Of a DNA stretch of 64,000 nucleotides, positions 51,408 through 63,921 are shown piece by piece (position 1 is the stretch's first letter; the number at the start of each line of letters is the position of its first letter). The DNA is from Trichoplax adhaerens (lineage: Eukaryota > Animalia > Placozoa): positions 2,291,836 to 2,355,835 of the forward strand of contig NW_002060949.1 of the NCBI RefSeq assembly GCF_000150275.1, given 5' to 3'. A program made the translations under genes and the position numbers. Below the pieces are notes generated by a model, which saw only the letters and a program-made list of their open reading frames with translations, was not told the DNA's origin and made no database searches.

Positions 51408-52758
51408 ATCATGCTCCTTTTTCTAGCATCTGTCAGCTAAATTGGATCACGTTTATTAAGGATCCGTATTGTGCTGTAAAATCATTCTGTAAATAGTGTA
51501 ACATCACGAGAGGGAGGATGCAAGGGTGTAGACGTGTAGGCTAAATAAATAAGTAAATAAATAAATGTACCCAGTAGAGATCCTGAGAGAGTGACCTACG
51601 TCATGCCCATGACATGGGTACAGTACCAAAATTACGTCCAGTATCGTGTCGTATTGTACTGTACTGTACAGTGTAGTACAGTATACTGTATGGTATGTGC
51701 AGTACTGTACACTTCTACACTATCGATTAGCGATCGACCCGCTGAAATAGCAGGAGAAAACCTACAGTACTCTACACTGTACATAGTACAGTATGTACTG
51801 TACACTGTACTGCAAGGAAGCCATGGGCTTCTTCTGTAGTACCTATTTTTGAATAGTTCATGGTCAACCATGGGTTTAAAGCAAAGTAAAATAGTATGAG
51901 TTACCCACTGTTAGCAGTAAATAAATAAAGAAATAAAAGTAAGATAGTCAAGTCCAGCCCCAAGAATAGAGGGAGTTCCCTTCAAAAAATTCATCGTGTC
52001 AATCGACCTTAAGTAAGCAGTAATCGACCCAAGAGCGATCATTAGCTTTTGATTAGCTGACAATTACCCGGACACAGGCAGCTACACGACTCCGTAACGC
52101 TGGCTGATCGATCAACTTCTTTCGGTCGAAGAAGAAATTAGCAAAGAGTAAAGTTGAGAGCTACGTAGACAAACGAAATGATGCTATTCAAATGATAATA
52201 ACTTTCATGACTGAAGTAAATGATTGCAGTACTTCTGCAAACTGAACCAGCGACTTGTAAGAGAAAATTCAAATTTTCTCTTATTTCTTTCTATAAATAA
52301 ACATATTCTTTGACAAGCTTCTGACTGAATATGTTGTGTACACTAGAGACCCTTCGAGAGACAGTACACTATACTGTACTGTATAACATACGGTACGGTA
52401 CAATATAATATATCACGAGTATCGGTTCGACCAGCTTCGACTAGTTCAATGAATTAATTAATCAGAAAAAGACCTTGGGTTTCCAATTCCGCATGGTATC
52501 GACAGGTGCTACTCAAACAGACTCAAAAGAAAGAGGCGGTCGGGAAATGGTCATTTCACCTGTGACATACTGTATATCTGCAACCTGTCTGTACAGTAAT
52601 GTACAGCAACATATTTATGCATGAAAAGCACCTTTCTGAGCCAACTAAAATGGGGAAAGCACTTGTAGCGTTTTGACGCCATGTGGTAGATTGAGCCGAG
52701 AGTAGTAGAAGAGAAAATGATCGGCTACGATATTGGCTGGGAATAGTTCTTTATTATT

Positions 52759-53685
52759 ATACCTTAAATCAATACTGTTGAGGAGGCAAGTTTTCCTATA
52801 AAGCACGACGACATGGAATGTGCTAACGTCAGGATGTCGAAAGGTTTACACATATACTTTGCTGAGATAGCATCGCATAGTTAGGTAAGATACCTTAAAT
52901 CAACACTGTCGAGGCAAGTTTTCCTAATGCAAGTGAGAATGTACTTACATCTACTGCATTATCATGCTAAAGCACGACGACATGGAATGTGCTAACGTCA
53001 GGATATCGAAAGGTTTACACATATACTTTACTGAGATAGCATCGTATAGTTAGGTAGGTGTTACGATGCGTAAGCTCGTCCTAATTATGAAGATTCCTTT
53101 TTAGTTCGTTAGTCGGTTAGATAGTCAACTAGTTTTTCAATTGATATTTAATTGTAAAGACTATAATCTTGGGTGCCAAGATTCCTTCAGTAATAAATGA
53201 TAGTAAATCTCTGACTATCTCGTCTACATCATCTGTGACGCTATAATTATACCATAGTATTCGGTTGTTGGAACTGAATTATTTGGTGATATAGCTAATC
53301 TCGCCTCTTTAAGTTAGTAAGTGGCATTCTACGCAAGGATTGGCGTGTGTAGACTACTTTGTCACTAGTGGTGTGTGACAGTAGGATACCTTAAATCAAC
53401 ACTGTCGAGGCAAGTTTTCCTAATGCACGTGAGAATGTACTTACATCTACTGCATTATCATGCTAAAGCACGACGACATAGAATGTGCTAACGTCAGGAT
53501 GTCGAAAGGTTTACACATGTACTTTGCTAAGATAGCATCGTATAGTTAGGTAGGATACCTTAAATCAACACTGTCGAGGCAAGTTTTTCCTAATGCAAGT
53601 GAGAATGTACTTACATCTACTGCATTAGGATATCGAAAGGTTTACACATATGCTTTACTGAGATGGCATTGTATAGTTAGGTAGG
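52759..53685. repeat. 169-bp tandem repeat, 4 copies (2 with internal deletions), interrupted by an insertion
   Basis: Units begin ataccttaaatcaa(c/t)actgt at 52759, 52890, 53386 and 53555 and end ...atagttaggta(a/g)g. Confidence 0.95.
53059..53380. mobile_element. Solo-LTR-like insertion, 322 bp, TGT...ACA termini, 5-bp TSD GTAGG
   Basis: gtagg|TGTTAC...GTGACA|gtagg. The uninterrupted repeat junction at ~53550 has only one gtagg. Internal TATAAT (~53162) and AATAAA (~53193). Confidence 0.75.
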
Positions 53686-54457
53686 AGGATACCTGTCTCA
53701 TACGATGACACCTCTCTATATACAGTTGCTCGTACTTCTATGCGTACACATATACCAAATTTGAAAAGATTTATCGTCATAAGCGACTATCTAAACTAGA
53801 AATTTCATCAATTCACTAAAATAGGACATTACAAAGCCTTCACGCATGCTACATGTGCTGTCCTCCAATAAAACGAGTTCACTTTGGTCGAATCATCAAA
53901 ATGCAATGATAAAACTTTTTATTGAATGTTTGCGAGATGGTAGTTCAATATTACCACATTTGCGCTTTGGAGCCTACGGCATACAAGTATCTCGTATGTC
54001 ATGATAAAAGCTCGTACATGCTTGTACAAACACATAAAATTGCTAATTCAAGCTAGCTTGGTATGCAAGTTGTTTTGTGGTAAACTGGTCATACATACAT
54101 ACATAACTTAAACTTGACCAAGAAACGGTGTAATTTTAACTACTGTACTAATTATTACTATAATGCATTGCACATGACATACCTATAATATATCTATCAT
54201 CGACGATAAAATAGTGACTTGTTTTCCATTACAACTGCCAATTACAATAGCAAGAAATAATTAGCTCATCACGATGAGCTAATTGCTACTTGAAATCAGC
54301 ACCAATAGATATTGTAGTGCTCGCTTTTGTTTCATTCTCCGTACCCACAATGCATGGATGTTCGCGCAAATGACTTTCAATTTCATTTCTCGGATAATTT
54401 AATGGGATGAAGCGCTTAATAAAATGTCTCTAATGAAGCTAATTGGATCATAGAAAG

Positions 54458-57034
54458 TTACTTAACGGTTATTGTCAATTGCGGAAAAGATAACATAATA
54501 TTTATCTTAGGTGCCATGACGCAAAGAAGAAACGACATTGCACAAGCAACTAAGCTAAAAGAAGATATGCCTGCTTGCCATGGGCCAAATGTAATAAAAT
54601 AGGTCAATACCATAAATGTAAATATACACATATTAATACAACATGCAACGCACAAGTATTTAGCATCTGCAAAATTATCTGGACAATGGCGCCCTTTTAT
54701 AGCTAAACCTAAATAAATAACGTTTAATATTCCAATATAACTTAAGCTAACAATAGGGCCAACAAGACTTTGAAAATGGCACATTTCATAAATTTTATAA
54801 TTGAAATCTATCCTCATATATGTCGCAATAGGAGATAAAATTAACCATAACAGGACGATAACTATTTGAATGCAGAGTAAAAGAATAACTAGCAATGGTT
54901 GTCCTTTAGTTTTAAAGTGCTCACTATAGCGACAAGATGCCATGACTTCTGAAAATAAAGCTACAACAGCACTTGTCATTGATAAACCAATCGCTGTTAA
55001 CAAAGTTGCTGAGGTTGTATACGTGACAATGGTTACCATACAGAATTGACGGTTACGTGGTAGTAAGAATACATAGGATGATGCCAGCATATATAATAAT
55101 ACAATATAGCTCATATGAATTAAAATGGAGTTTGATGAAAATATTACTTGATGATGCCTATGTAAGATAGTAATGATCCAAAATGATATTACTATAGAGC
55201 CACATATAGCTAATATAACCATCAACGTTATTGATAGCAAGCCTCCTATATCGATCGTTACTGGAACTGCCTTCACACATGAAGTATGATTACTATTCGG
55301 AAGATAACCATATGGGCACACATGACATTGCTCTGCGTTAGTTCTATTCGATATTGAACTAATATAGCAAGATATGCACTTCCAACAGCATTTATCATTC
55401 GAAAAACTATCACGATATGTTCCTGGTGGACAGTCACTTGAACAAGCAGAAATCGGAACACCTGAATGTAAACGAGCCTTATTCCACACTATTACGCTGT
55501 CGTTTATAATGGCTTGACCGGTTGTAAGCCATGCTCCGATTGTTTTTGAAACAACATTCTTACCATTAGGTTGTAAGTTAACAATATTGTAGCGAATATG
55601 AACTGGATCGCCATTCTGGTTAAAGGAGAAATTTTCTCTAGATGCATCTACAAACGATACATTAAATAGATATGCAACTAATTTCTTAGTATCAAATTTC
55701 TCTTCAGGCAAAGATTGGCAGTGGTCGCGATTACATTTCAGCATATCATGTAAGGCGTGAGCTACTGCATATATTGCATTAAATATGAAAGCTGATGTTA
55801 TCGTCTGCGAATTAGTAATTTTACTGCTATCATTCCAGGCCGATACTGGAATACATGCATTCACTGGTATATCGCCTTTAGCTACATTGGATCGAAAGTA
55901 AGTTTGAAACCAAGGATTTCCGGAATTGTTACATGCTGTTAAACTTTTAATATAAGACTCAAATTGGTATTGTTTGCTTGAACCCAATGTAAGTCCAATA
56001 GTACCACCGATAATATCAGAATCAATTTCCGAGATTATAGACGATGATTGACTCCATGATATTGGCGCAATATAAGTAATACCGGTAAAATTGGCTATAG
56101 TCGCTTGAATAAAATATTCATGAGCCATTTTAGCATTGCTCGCTATGAATACAACCGTCACTTTTAATGCTCTTAGTTCTTTAATTATACTTTGAAGTTG
56201 GCTTGCAGTTGGACGCTTTGGAAAAAGTATCACTTTTGAAATACATACATTCTTTTCCTTGGCAGATCTTTGAAACTCTTCCACTAAACTATTACCATAA
56301 TCATCATCCTCCCACAAAACCGCGGTGTAATTCCAACCAAAGTAATGGATAACAGCGGTCACTGCACGGCCCTGAAAACTGTTAGATGGTACTGTTCTAA
56401 AAAATGTGGTAAATTCGGTCTTATCACTTAGAAGGGAACTTGTTGCCAAAGGACTCACTACAGGAACATGTAAATTCGACAGCAATGTACCAACAATAAA
56501 CGCTTCAGAACTATACAGTGGACCAATAACAGAGATAATTTTATCACGATTAACGTTATTATTGCCTTGGCTATCTGTTTTTATCTCCGTACTACTGTCG
56601 GTACCATTGCCGCATACATCACTAGTACAATTTTGGTACGAATCACTCGATGATGGAGTATCTGCAGTATTACAGTTAGATGATCTTTCACTTCGATCGT
56701 CGTAAAAATAATTAATTGATTGGCGTAGAGCTACAGTACGACTAACGCAAGTATCACGAATTTCATATCCAAGAGTAATATTTGGTAATATCGCTGGATT
56801 CTGATTAATAGAATGAATCGCATAAATCATAGATTGTACTCTCATAATATTAGTTATATCTAAATTTTTACATTTCTCTGTCGCAGCATCATAGCTATTA
56901 TGAATTGGCACCAGACCACCCAAAGATAAATCGCCATTCAACTTACCTACTGTGGTATAAGGATCTGAAAGAATTGTTGCTGATCCATAAGTAGTAAGAA
57001 AAGTAATGATACCGATAAAGCAATTGATCATCAT
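54458..57034 (-). CDS. Class C GPCR (mGluR/CaSR-like), intronless ORF
   Basis: 858 aa: signal peptide, Venus flytrap (GDLSLGGLVPIH, LPNITLGYEIRDTC, ATSSLLSDK, FFRTVPS, DDDYG, NPWF), cysteine-rich domain (SACSSDCPPG...CCWKC), and 7TM region (PDNFADAK, PKINIML). Confidence 0.96.
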   Translation of the reverse strand: MMINCFIGIITFLTTYGSATILSDPYTTVGKLNGDLSLGGLVPIHNSYDAATEKCKNLDITNIMRVQSMIYAIHSINQNPAILPNITLGYEIRDTCVSRTVALRQSINYFYDDRSERSSNCNTADTPSSSDSYQNCTSDVCGNGTDSSTEIKTDSQGNNNVNRDKIISVIGPLYSSEAFIVGTLLSNLHVPVVSPLATSSLLSDKTEFTTFFRTVPSNSFQGRAVTAVIHYFGWNYTAVLWEDDDYGNSLVEEFQRSAKEKNVCISKVILFPKRPTASQLQSIIKELRALKVTVVFIASNAKMAHEYFIQATIANFTGITYIAPISWSQSSSIISEIDSDIIGGTIGLTLGSSKQYQFESYIKSLTACNNSGNPWFQTYFRSNVAKGDIPVNACIPVSAWNDSSKITNSQTITSAFIFNAIYAVAHALHDMLKCNRDHCQSLPEEKFDTKKLVAYLFNVSFVDASRENFSFNQNGDPVHIRYNIVNLQPNGKNVVSKTIGAWLTTGQAIINDSVIVWNKARLHSGVPISACSSDCPPGTYRDSFSNDKCCWKCISCYISSISNRTNAEQCHVCPYGYLPNSNHTSCVKAVPVTIDIGGLLSITLMVILAICGSIVISFWIITILHRHHQVIFSSNSILIHMSYIVLLYMLASSYVFLLPRNRQFCMVTIVTYTTSATLLTAIGLSMTSAVVALFSEVMASCRYSEHFKTKGQPLLVILLLCIQIVIVLLWLILSPIATYMRIDFNYKIYEMCHFQSLVGPIVSLSYIGILNVIYLGLAIKGRHCPDNFADAKYLCVACCINMCIFTFMVLTYFITFGPWQAGISSFSLVACAMSFLLCVMAPKINIMLSFPQLTITVK

Positions 57035-59010
57035 ATTGGGTTACACGCTAAGATGGAAGCATAAATTAAGATGATTAATCTCTTAAAACGATCGCTTGAT
57101 TCTAGTATTGGTTGTTTTTGGACAATTTTCCTGCAGGAAATATCTGTCTTTCTAATATAAATAGTTAAACTACCAACTGAATAGGCAAGCTATATGAACA
57201 TGTTACTATACTAACATGAAATGTTAGGGGACTTAAAAAGCGTAAATATCTTATTAATATTCACAAAGTATTTAACTATGTATTAAAAGATCTGAAATAT
57301 TTATGTAATACTACTAAATAGGTATCTTGTAAAGCAGAAAACAAAAACGCAACAGTCTGCTAAAACAGTTGGTTTATTTAATTTAATTTTCATTCCTGAC
57401 AATAATATTCTTCTCCGTTTACGTCATCAATTATGAAGAAAATATTTTGCAATATGGTTTCAGACAAATCAATTTTACTTGTAAATCTTCGTGTATTTAG
57501 ATTTTCGTAAAAATAAAACTTATCTTAATCGAATAATAATATTATCGCCCCATTTTATTGTACTTCAATTCAAAGAAATTGGTTTACCTTTTATAAAATA
57601 TTACAAGAAAACATTTACAAAGCTAAAGTTTTTATTTCTTGTAATTACACCTCAATTCTTAGTTACATGATATCAAGAATTTATAACGGAAGTAAACCTT
57701 AAAGTTAAGATGGAATAATGAATATAATATTTCTTACCTCTTAAAATAATCATGATCATTGGGCATTATATAATATTGATATGATTAATTTTTAATAAAA
57801 TAGAATGAATTTTTGTCATGACTTTTATTGAAAAACTTGAATTATGACAACATTTCTGATACCTTGCGGCTAGGTATTAAATTATGACACTTCCATATCC
57901 TTAAATCATAACTCATAATATTATTATTGTGCAACAATTGACGCTTTTTTGAGCTAAGCGCCGATGAAGATCACTACAACATTTCCATACGTAATTTAGC
58001 ATTGTTAACCCTAGTAATACTATAAGTTCTACAACGATGACCTGTCGAACCAGTTAGTTTTACCGATAAATTAAGCAGTTTGATAGATTAATTCTATTTT
58101 ATAGCAGATTTAAAACTATAAACATAACAGTACCAATCGCTAACACTTTATAAAACCTAATTTGATATTTTATCGATATTATTAAACTAACCGATTACAC
58201 TTGGCTAGTTATCGCTTAAAACCATACTATTTAATAGCCTCCCGCGGATAGGTAAATTGAGAAGGATTCGAATATCGTTTGTACAACTTTATAGCATGTA
58301 TATATTCAGATTATATCAAGCCATCGCCATCATCTTAAGCAATCATTTTATGCATTATATAACTATAGTACATACAAGAATATGCGTTAAGAGCTATAGT
58401 GTAGCACTATAAGGGTAATTTGTCCTTGACCACGTCTGTAAAATTTAAATTATCATCATATTTTCAAATGGTAAATCCATTTATTAAAAATATACGTTGC
58501 AAAATTACAATTAATAAGCAAAGATGCAACAGCCAATATGTAAAATAGTTAATTATAATTATGATTGCTAATAGATACGATGTAATAAAATAGCAAAGCT
58601 AAGCTCTTTCACGAATATGGACACTAACTTACTTGAATTCCGATCGTGATTATTAAGATGAGATGTTAACAATGAAATAAATATGATGATTCGGTTGGCA
58701 CAATATCAGTATAGCATGAAAATATTTATTATCGATAGAATATTATCTAGCTGATAGAATGGAAGGCATTAAATAAAAATAATTAATTATAAGAGTATTT
58801 ATTGCAAATAAATATCCATGATAACGTACACTTTTATGCCATACCGGGTATAAACCGGTATGATAATCTAACCTCCCTACTATAATAGCCTGGCATTTTA
58901 TTACCGAATTATTAAATCTGAAATGAGTCATAAAGTGAATAACCATAGCATAAACTGTCGGTGTCCCATGGTGTAGCTTCAGTAATACTCTATCTTAACT
59001 ATTACATAGA

Positions 59011-62000
59011 TTATGAGATCGGAACTTTCTTCCAGATGGTTATATAATTTCCCAATAATGGATTCGATAACGCAATGCTATTACCGTTGGCTATCTTTTT
59101 GTTATCGATAAGATTAACGCAAGCCAGCAAATCGAACCTAAAACATCCAATGCCAACATATAAGTTATAAAAAATAACACCTATTGATGATTACAATGGT
59201 TTTAACTTCTTGCTACATACACAAAGCGAATATCAACTATTTAAACTGTACGCTTGTTATCAGAAGAGATCTTCACCGAAGCAGACAATTTTATTTATTA
59301 TCTTCGTTCTTAATCGGTATACTTACTCATCTTTCATGCTATCCATTAACTGTTCAGAATTTACGTCTGAAATATTGATAACCACAATTCCATCATCCTT
59401 TACTATTTCGTTCAATCGAATCAACCAGCCTATACAGTACGACAAAATTAATTGTATTTTAGCGTTAAAAGGTCCATCTGTTACCCCTACATTCTGATTT
59501 TATTCTCACTAAATCATACAGCCATTAATATGACAAAATCAATTTTATCTAATTTACTATCTATAATTTTATTCTAATAGCGTGCCGCATTGATAAGCAT
59601 TTGTATAAATCGCAAGGAAAAATATGCTTTTACGTACATAAACATACGACAGTACTTTGTTATAATAAAATACTTGAAAAATTTAAAAAAACTTAAACTA
59701 ATAGTTATGCATTTCTAAAGACAACAAATATAAAAAGCTACAATAATAAGTATGTGTTTGTCAGAGTTCGTAAAATATTCTAGATTTAAATGTAATTTCT
59801 TACTTTTTCTGTTGTTTACTCGATCCAAACAGGTTAAAAGAACAAGGTCGTGATTCCCAACTTCGTTAGGTAGCCAACTTAACTTTAAAATTGAATTGCA
59901 AAGATTACTGTTTAGTATAGATGATAAAGAAGATATTGACTATAAATCTATGTTCCATATAATCTATAATTAACATGTGATTAATTTATAACGGTATGAT
60001 CTCAGTAATAAATTTCAGTAAAATTCAGTATTTTCTAAGGGTGTGAAAAATCTATGTCTTCGATACTGAGTTTGGCTATATCGAAGTAATTTGTAAAATG
60101 GCTGGTATCGAACATAGTAAAGCACGGTATATGCTATGACGTCGTAATTAATTGAATTAGTGCCGACAAATACAGGTGTCAAAATGAATAAATCTCAAAT
60201 CATTATGTCTATCTATATTACTCCTTCTATTAAAAGTTTCGAGTAGTGATTCAATTCTTAATTATTAAATAGTTATGACTAAAAAGATACACTATTATAA
60301 TAGAGAACGCAATGTTTCTTTATTGAAATCAAAAAAGAATGGTACTAATTGCTTAACGTAAAAAACAGCTACCACATAAAGACCTATTAAATTAAATCTA
60401 GACAGTATTAGTCAGCTTAATAACCTAATTCTACCTGCTTAAATGCTACTCGATCAAGGTTAATATTCGAGTCTATGCTAATTGTCAGTGAGTCATTTAA
60501 GCCTGCAAAATCAAAATTTGCCGATCCTTTCTTTGCAATATTCAGACAAGCACTGATAAATTTTCCACAATAGTCAAGCCCCAAGACCTATCAAGAACAT
60601 ACAGTTTAAAAATAAATGAATTATTAAACACTAACTGTCTTGCAAGTTTAATTGGTTTCGTTTCAACGATACCAATTTTGTATTTACCTTTCGATATATT
60701 GTACTTAATTCAAAAGCTAGCCTTCCAGTGCCACAACCAATTACTAATGCAGAATCTGTAGCTATGCCATACGTTTTAGGTATGAGCAACATCTTTTCAA
60801 CTAATATCTCGGTCATTACACCGTAAAGACTGTGAATGTTCTATACAAAAGAAGAGTTATATAAGGGGGTTTATAGGATTGAATTGTATTACAGTGAAAT
60901 TAAATAGTGCAATATGATATCAGTCCTATAACTCTAATATATGTTCTCTTACATCAGTATCGGAATATTGAAACCGAAGCATATCATATAACATTTGATC
61001 GGTTTCGAACTTAAATTGAACATTAGAGCTAATTTGCCCGCAAATTTCAATACGGTTGTCAGAGTAGTATTTGGTATATTCCTCTAGAAATTATCGATAT
61101 AAGATATTGTCATGATATTTTGAATTTGCATTATCAACCATTGCAGCAGCTATCAAGATAAATTTTGAAGAATCACTACTTAATTATATTACCATTTTCA
61201 TGAAATGCTTTACTTCTATATCGCCCACATATGCCTCTACAATTTATAAATATCCTACGGGCAATTTATGATAACTATTCAACTACTGTATAATATAATA
61301 AAGTACTGTTATTCTGTTCATATTATTATTATGAATATTTGCAGCTATAAAATAAATAGCATAAGTAGACCGATATATTACCGTGGCATTGCTGGCTAAT
61401 CTCTGTATCAAGTAATACAATAGGAGGGAGCGTTCGAGGATTGCTTTTTACTACTCGGAACCCGGCATGTTGAAAGAAATGTCTCCTAAAAGCTAGTCGA
61501 AAAAATTGAGAGGCCGATTCACCAGTAGTTGCCCAAGAACCGAACTGCAATGTTCAAAAAATAATATTATTACAAGTATTCTACGTAATATAAGTGTATA
61601 AAAATTAGTAGGAAAAGGCTGTAAACTAACCATCATTAAGTTATGCCTTCCATCAAACGCGTTGCTTGAGAAATCATCATAATACGGATGAGTACGAAAT
61701 CCAGGAAGCCCGTTATAATGATCTTCCGTCCATTCCCATACGTTACCCATAATATCGTAAAATCCGGTCACAGTTGGAGGATATAAATTAACTGGCTACA
61801 AGGGCAGAGTAGAAGTGGCAGTCATAAACGTAATCAAATATCGGTATTGCTTATCTGATTATAGCAGCAAATATCTATATTGCGTACCGTTGAACTGCAA
61901 TACTGAAAATTTAAATTCCAATCTGGGACTTTATCGAAGGCTACATCACAAGCTACGGAGGGATTTGGAGGTAACTAAAATTAAATACTATGCATTTAAT

Positions 62001-63921
62001 CGCATGATAATATAAATTGTGATGCTGTAAATAGTCATGAAATAAAAATGAAATGTAAAGATGCGTAATAAAGCAATTTTGAATTCATCTACCCAGATGT
62101 TTTAAAGCTGAAGGTTTTACATCTATTAAAATAGCTACAGTTATATAAGCGATCGACTTTTAGATTTCAGAGAGTGCCTTAGTACTCATGCATCACATTA
62201 TCATAATAATCAGTATTGTTAAAGGACTGCCTAATAGATTACGTCTGCTATGTGCATAGTAAAATCAATGGTCCTAAGAATTCATCACGTACATTTTGAT
62301 CTAGCATTCTATGATATTCAGCTTCACTTGGTAGTCGATAGTCTTTACCTAACCAGGTACAATATGCTTTTGCTTCGTGATAGTTGACTTCAACAGGCCA
62401 TTCCATCGGCATAGTAATGACATCAAAAGTCGTACGATATCTTTAAAAAGATAGAAATGATTGTGATTACTATGCTCTTAATTTAATAGCCTTTATAGAG
62501 ATTAATAAATTGCACATGATTACGCTAGCGCAGCTATATCATAATGATAAATATTCATCTTATATCGGGTAACTAAATTCTATGGTAGATGCATATAGAA
62601 CACTTCTACTGCATTTGACAAAATTGCTAACGCACATATCTAATATAAATGCCAAAATTCGTTGCCACATCAGTAGCTAAAGAACGAGGCATCATAGATA
62701 TTTAAAATTTTATATACTTGAATTTGGATGTCAGGTCTTCTTGATTATGATAATTGAAATCATTATCGAAAAAACGTGGCTGACAATGGGAATATTCACT
62801 AAGATTTCCACCACAACCCAATTTGCAGCCTAATTTATTAATTGAAGTTAGTATAATAAAAGATTTTAGTTTTCACTGATATTAATAAAATTTAAGACTG
62901 TTACTACGATCGGACAAGATTATAACGAAGCATCACCGGTTAAATGTAGATTTTTATACTCTTTTATACGTGTCGTATGTTTAAGGTTACCTTTATCACA
63001 AATCCAAAAGACTGGATGATGTGCCTTGCGAAATATTTTCCAATTCCACCCTAATTAGGTTACATTTCAATATATATTTATCTCAATATGATTGTAGACA
63101 ATGCATATAATTTACCTCTTTTGAAACTGATTTAAATATTATTACTTATATTTCATTCAATACCGTATCGAGAATACGACTATACCTTCGTTCGACCAAA
63201 ATTCTCTCCTTTCGTATCCGCCGTCCTTAACAAACTTCAAGTATTCGCCGTTGGTAATTGGATATTTAGTGGCTTGAAAAGGTGAAACACTAATAGCATA
63301 ATTTACAAGCAATAAAGTCATTCCATGTACGAGTATGCTAATCGAATGAACAATCAGATAGTCGATAGAATACTTTAGACGATATTATATTGTATGGAAA
63401 AAATATCTTAATTGTAATTTCTATATTTTACTAGTGAAGATATTTATCTATCTTTAGCTTTAATCTACTCAAGTAAACAATACAGTCTAGTGATTAGCAT
63501 TAGCAAATGATAGTTAGTTACCAGAACTTTTTGCTATGGCATTTTTTTACTAATGATCCAATTCTATAGATATCCACACTTACTGAGATACCAGTTCACC
63601 ATATTCATTATCCCAGCCGAATGATGGGAACGCATCTGGCCTTCCAAGTCTAACATCTTTCTGGTCGACGGCAATAAGATTATTATCACCAGCGTTTTCT
63701 ATTTTCATTTGAAAGGACATAACGCAATTATATAACATGAAACCAATATCACGATACAAGTTGTATTTAGAAAGGCTTGATATAGTAAATTAAATTTGAA
63801 TTTAAATCATCGTAGTTGCTGACCATTCGCTTGGTAAGATGCATAGTGCCAATCATTCGGTTTAGCAAGCATATCTACTGGCAATTGACGGAAAAGCACA
63901 GAAGAAGTCTCAAAATGCAAC
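59011..63921 (-). CDS. ovoA: Ovothiol synthase OvoA, copy 2; 5' exons lie beyond the window end
   Basis: Exons: LHFETSSVLFRQLPVD, FPSFGWDNEYG, WPVEVNYHEAKAYC, GNVWEWTEDHYNG, YYDDFSSNAFDGRHN, RLAFRRHFFQHAGFR, ALVIGCGTGR, LTWLPNE, ending ...TIWKKVPIS*. Intron positions are equivalent to copy 1. Confidence 0.92.

Noticed and set aside
54286-54457. Possible extra C-terminal coding segment for the GPCR (RNEIESHLREHP...DFK*)
   Set aside because: It would need a very short or non-canonical intron. The existing ORF already completes TM7.
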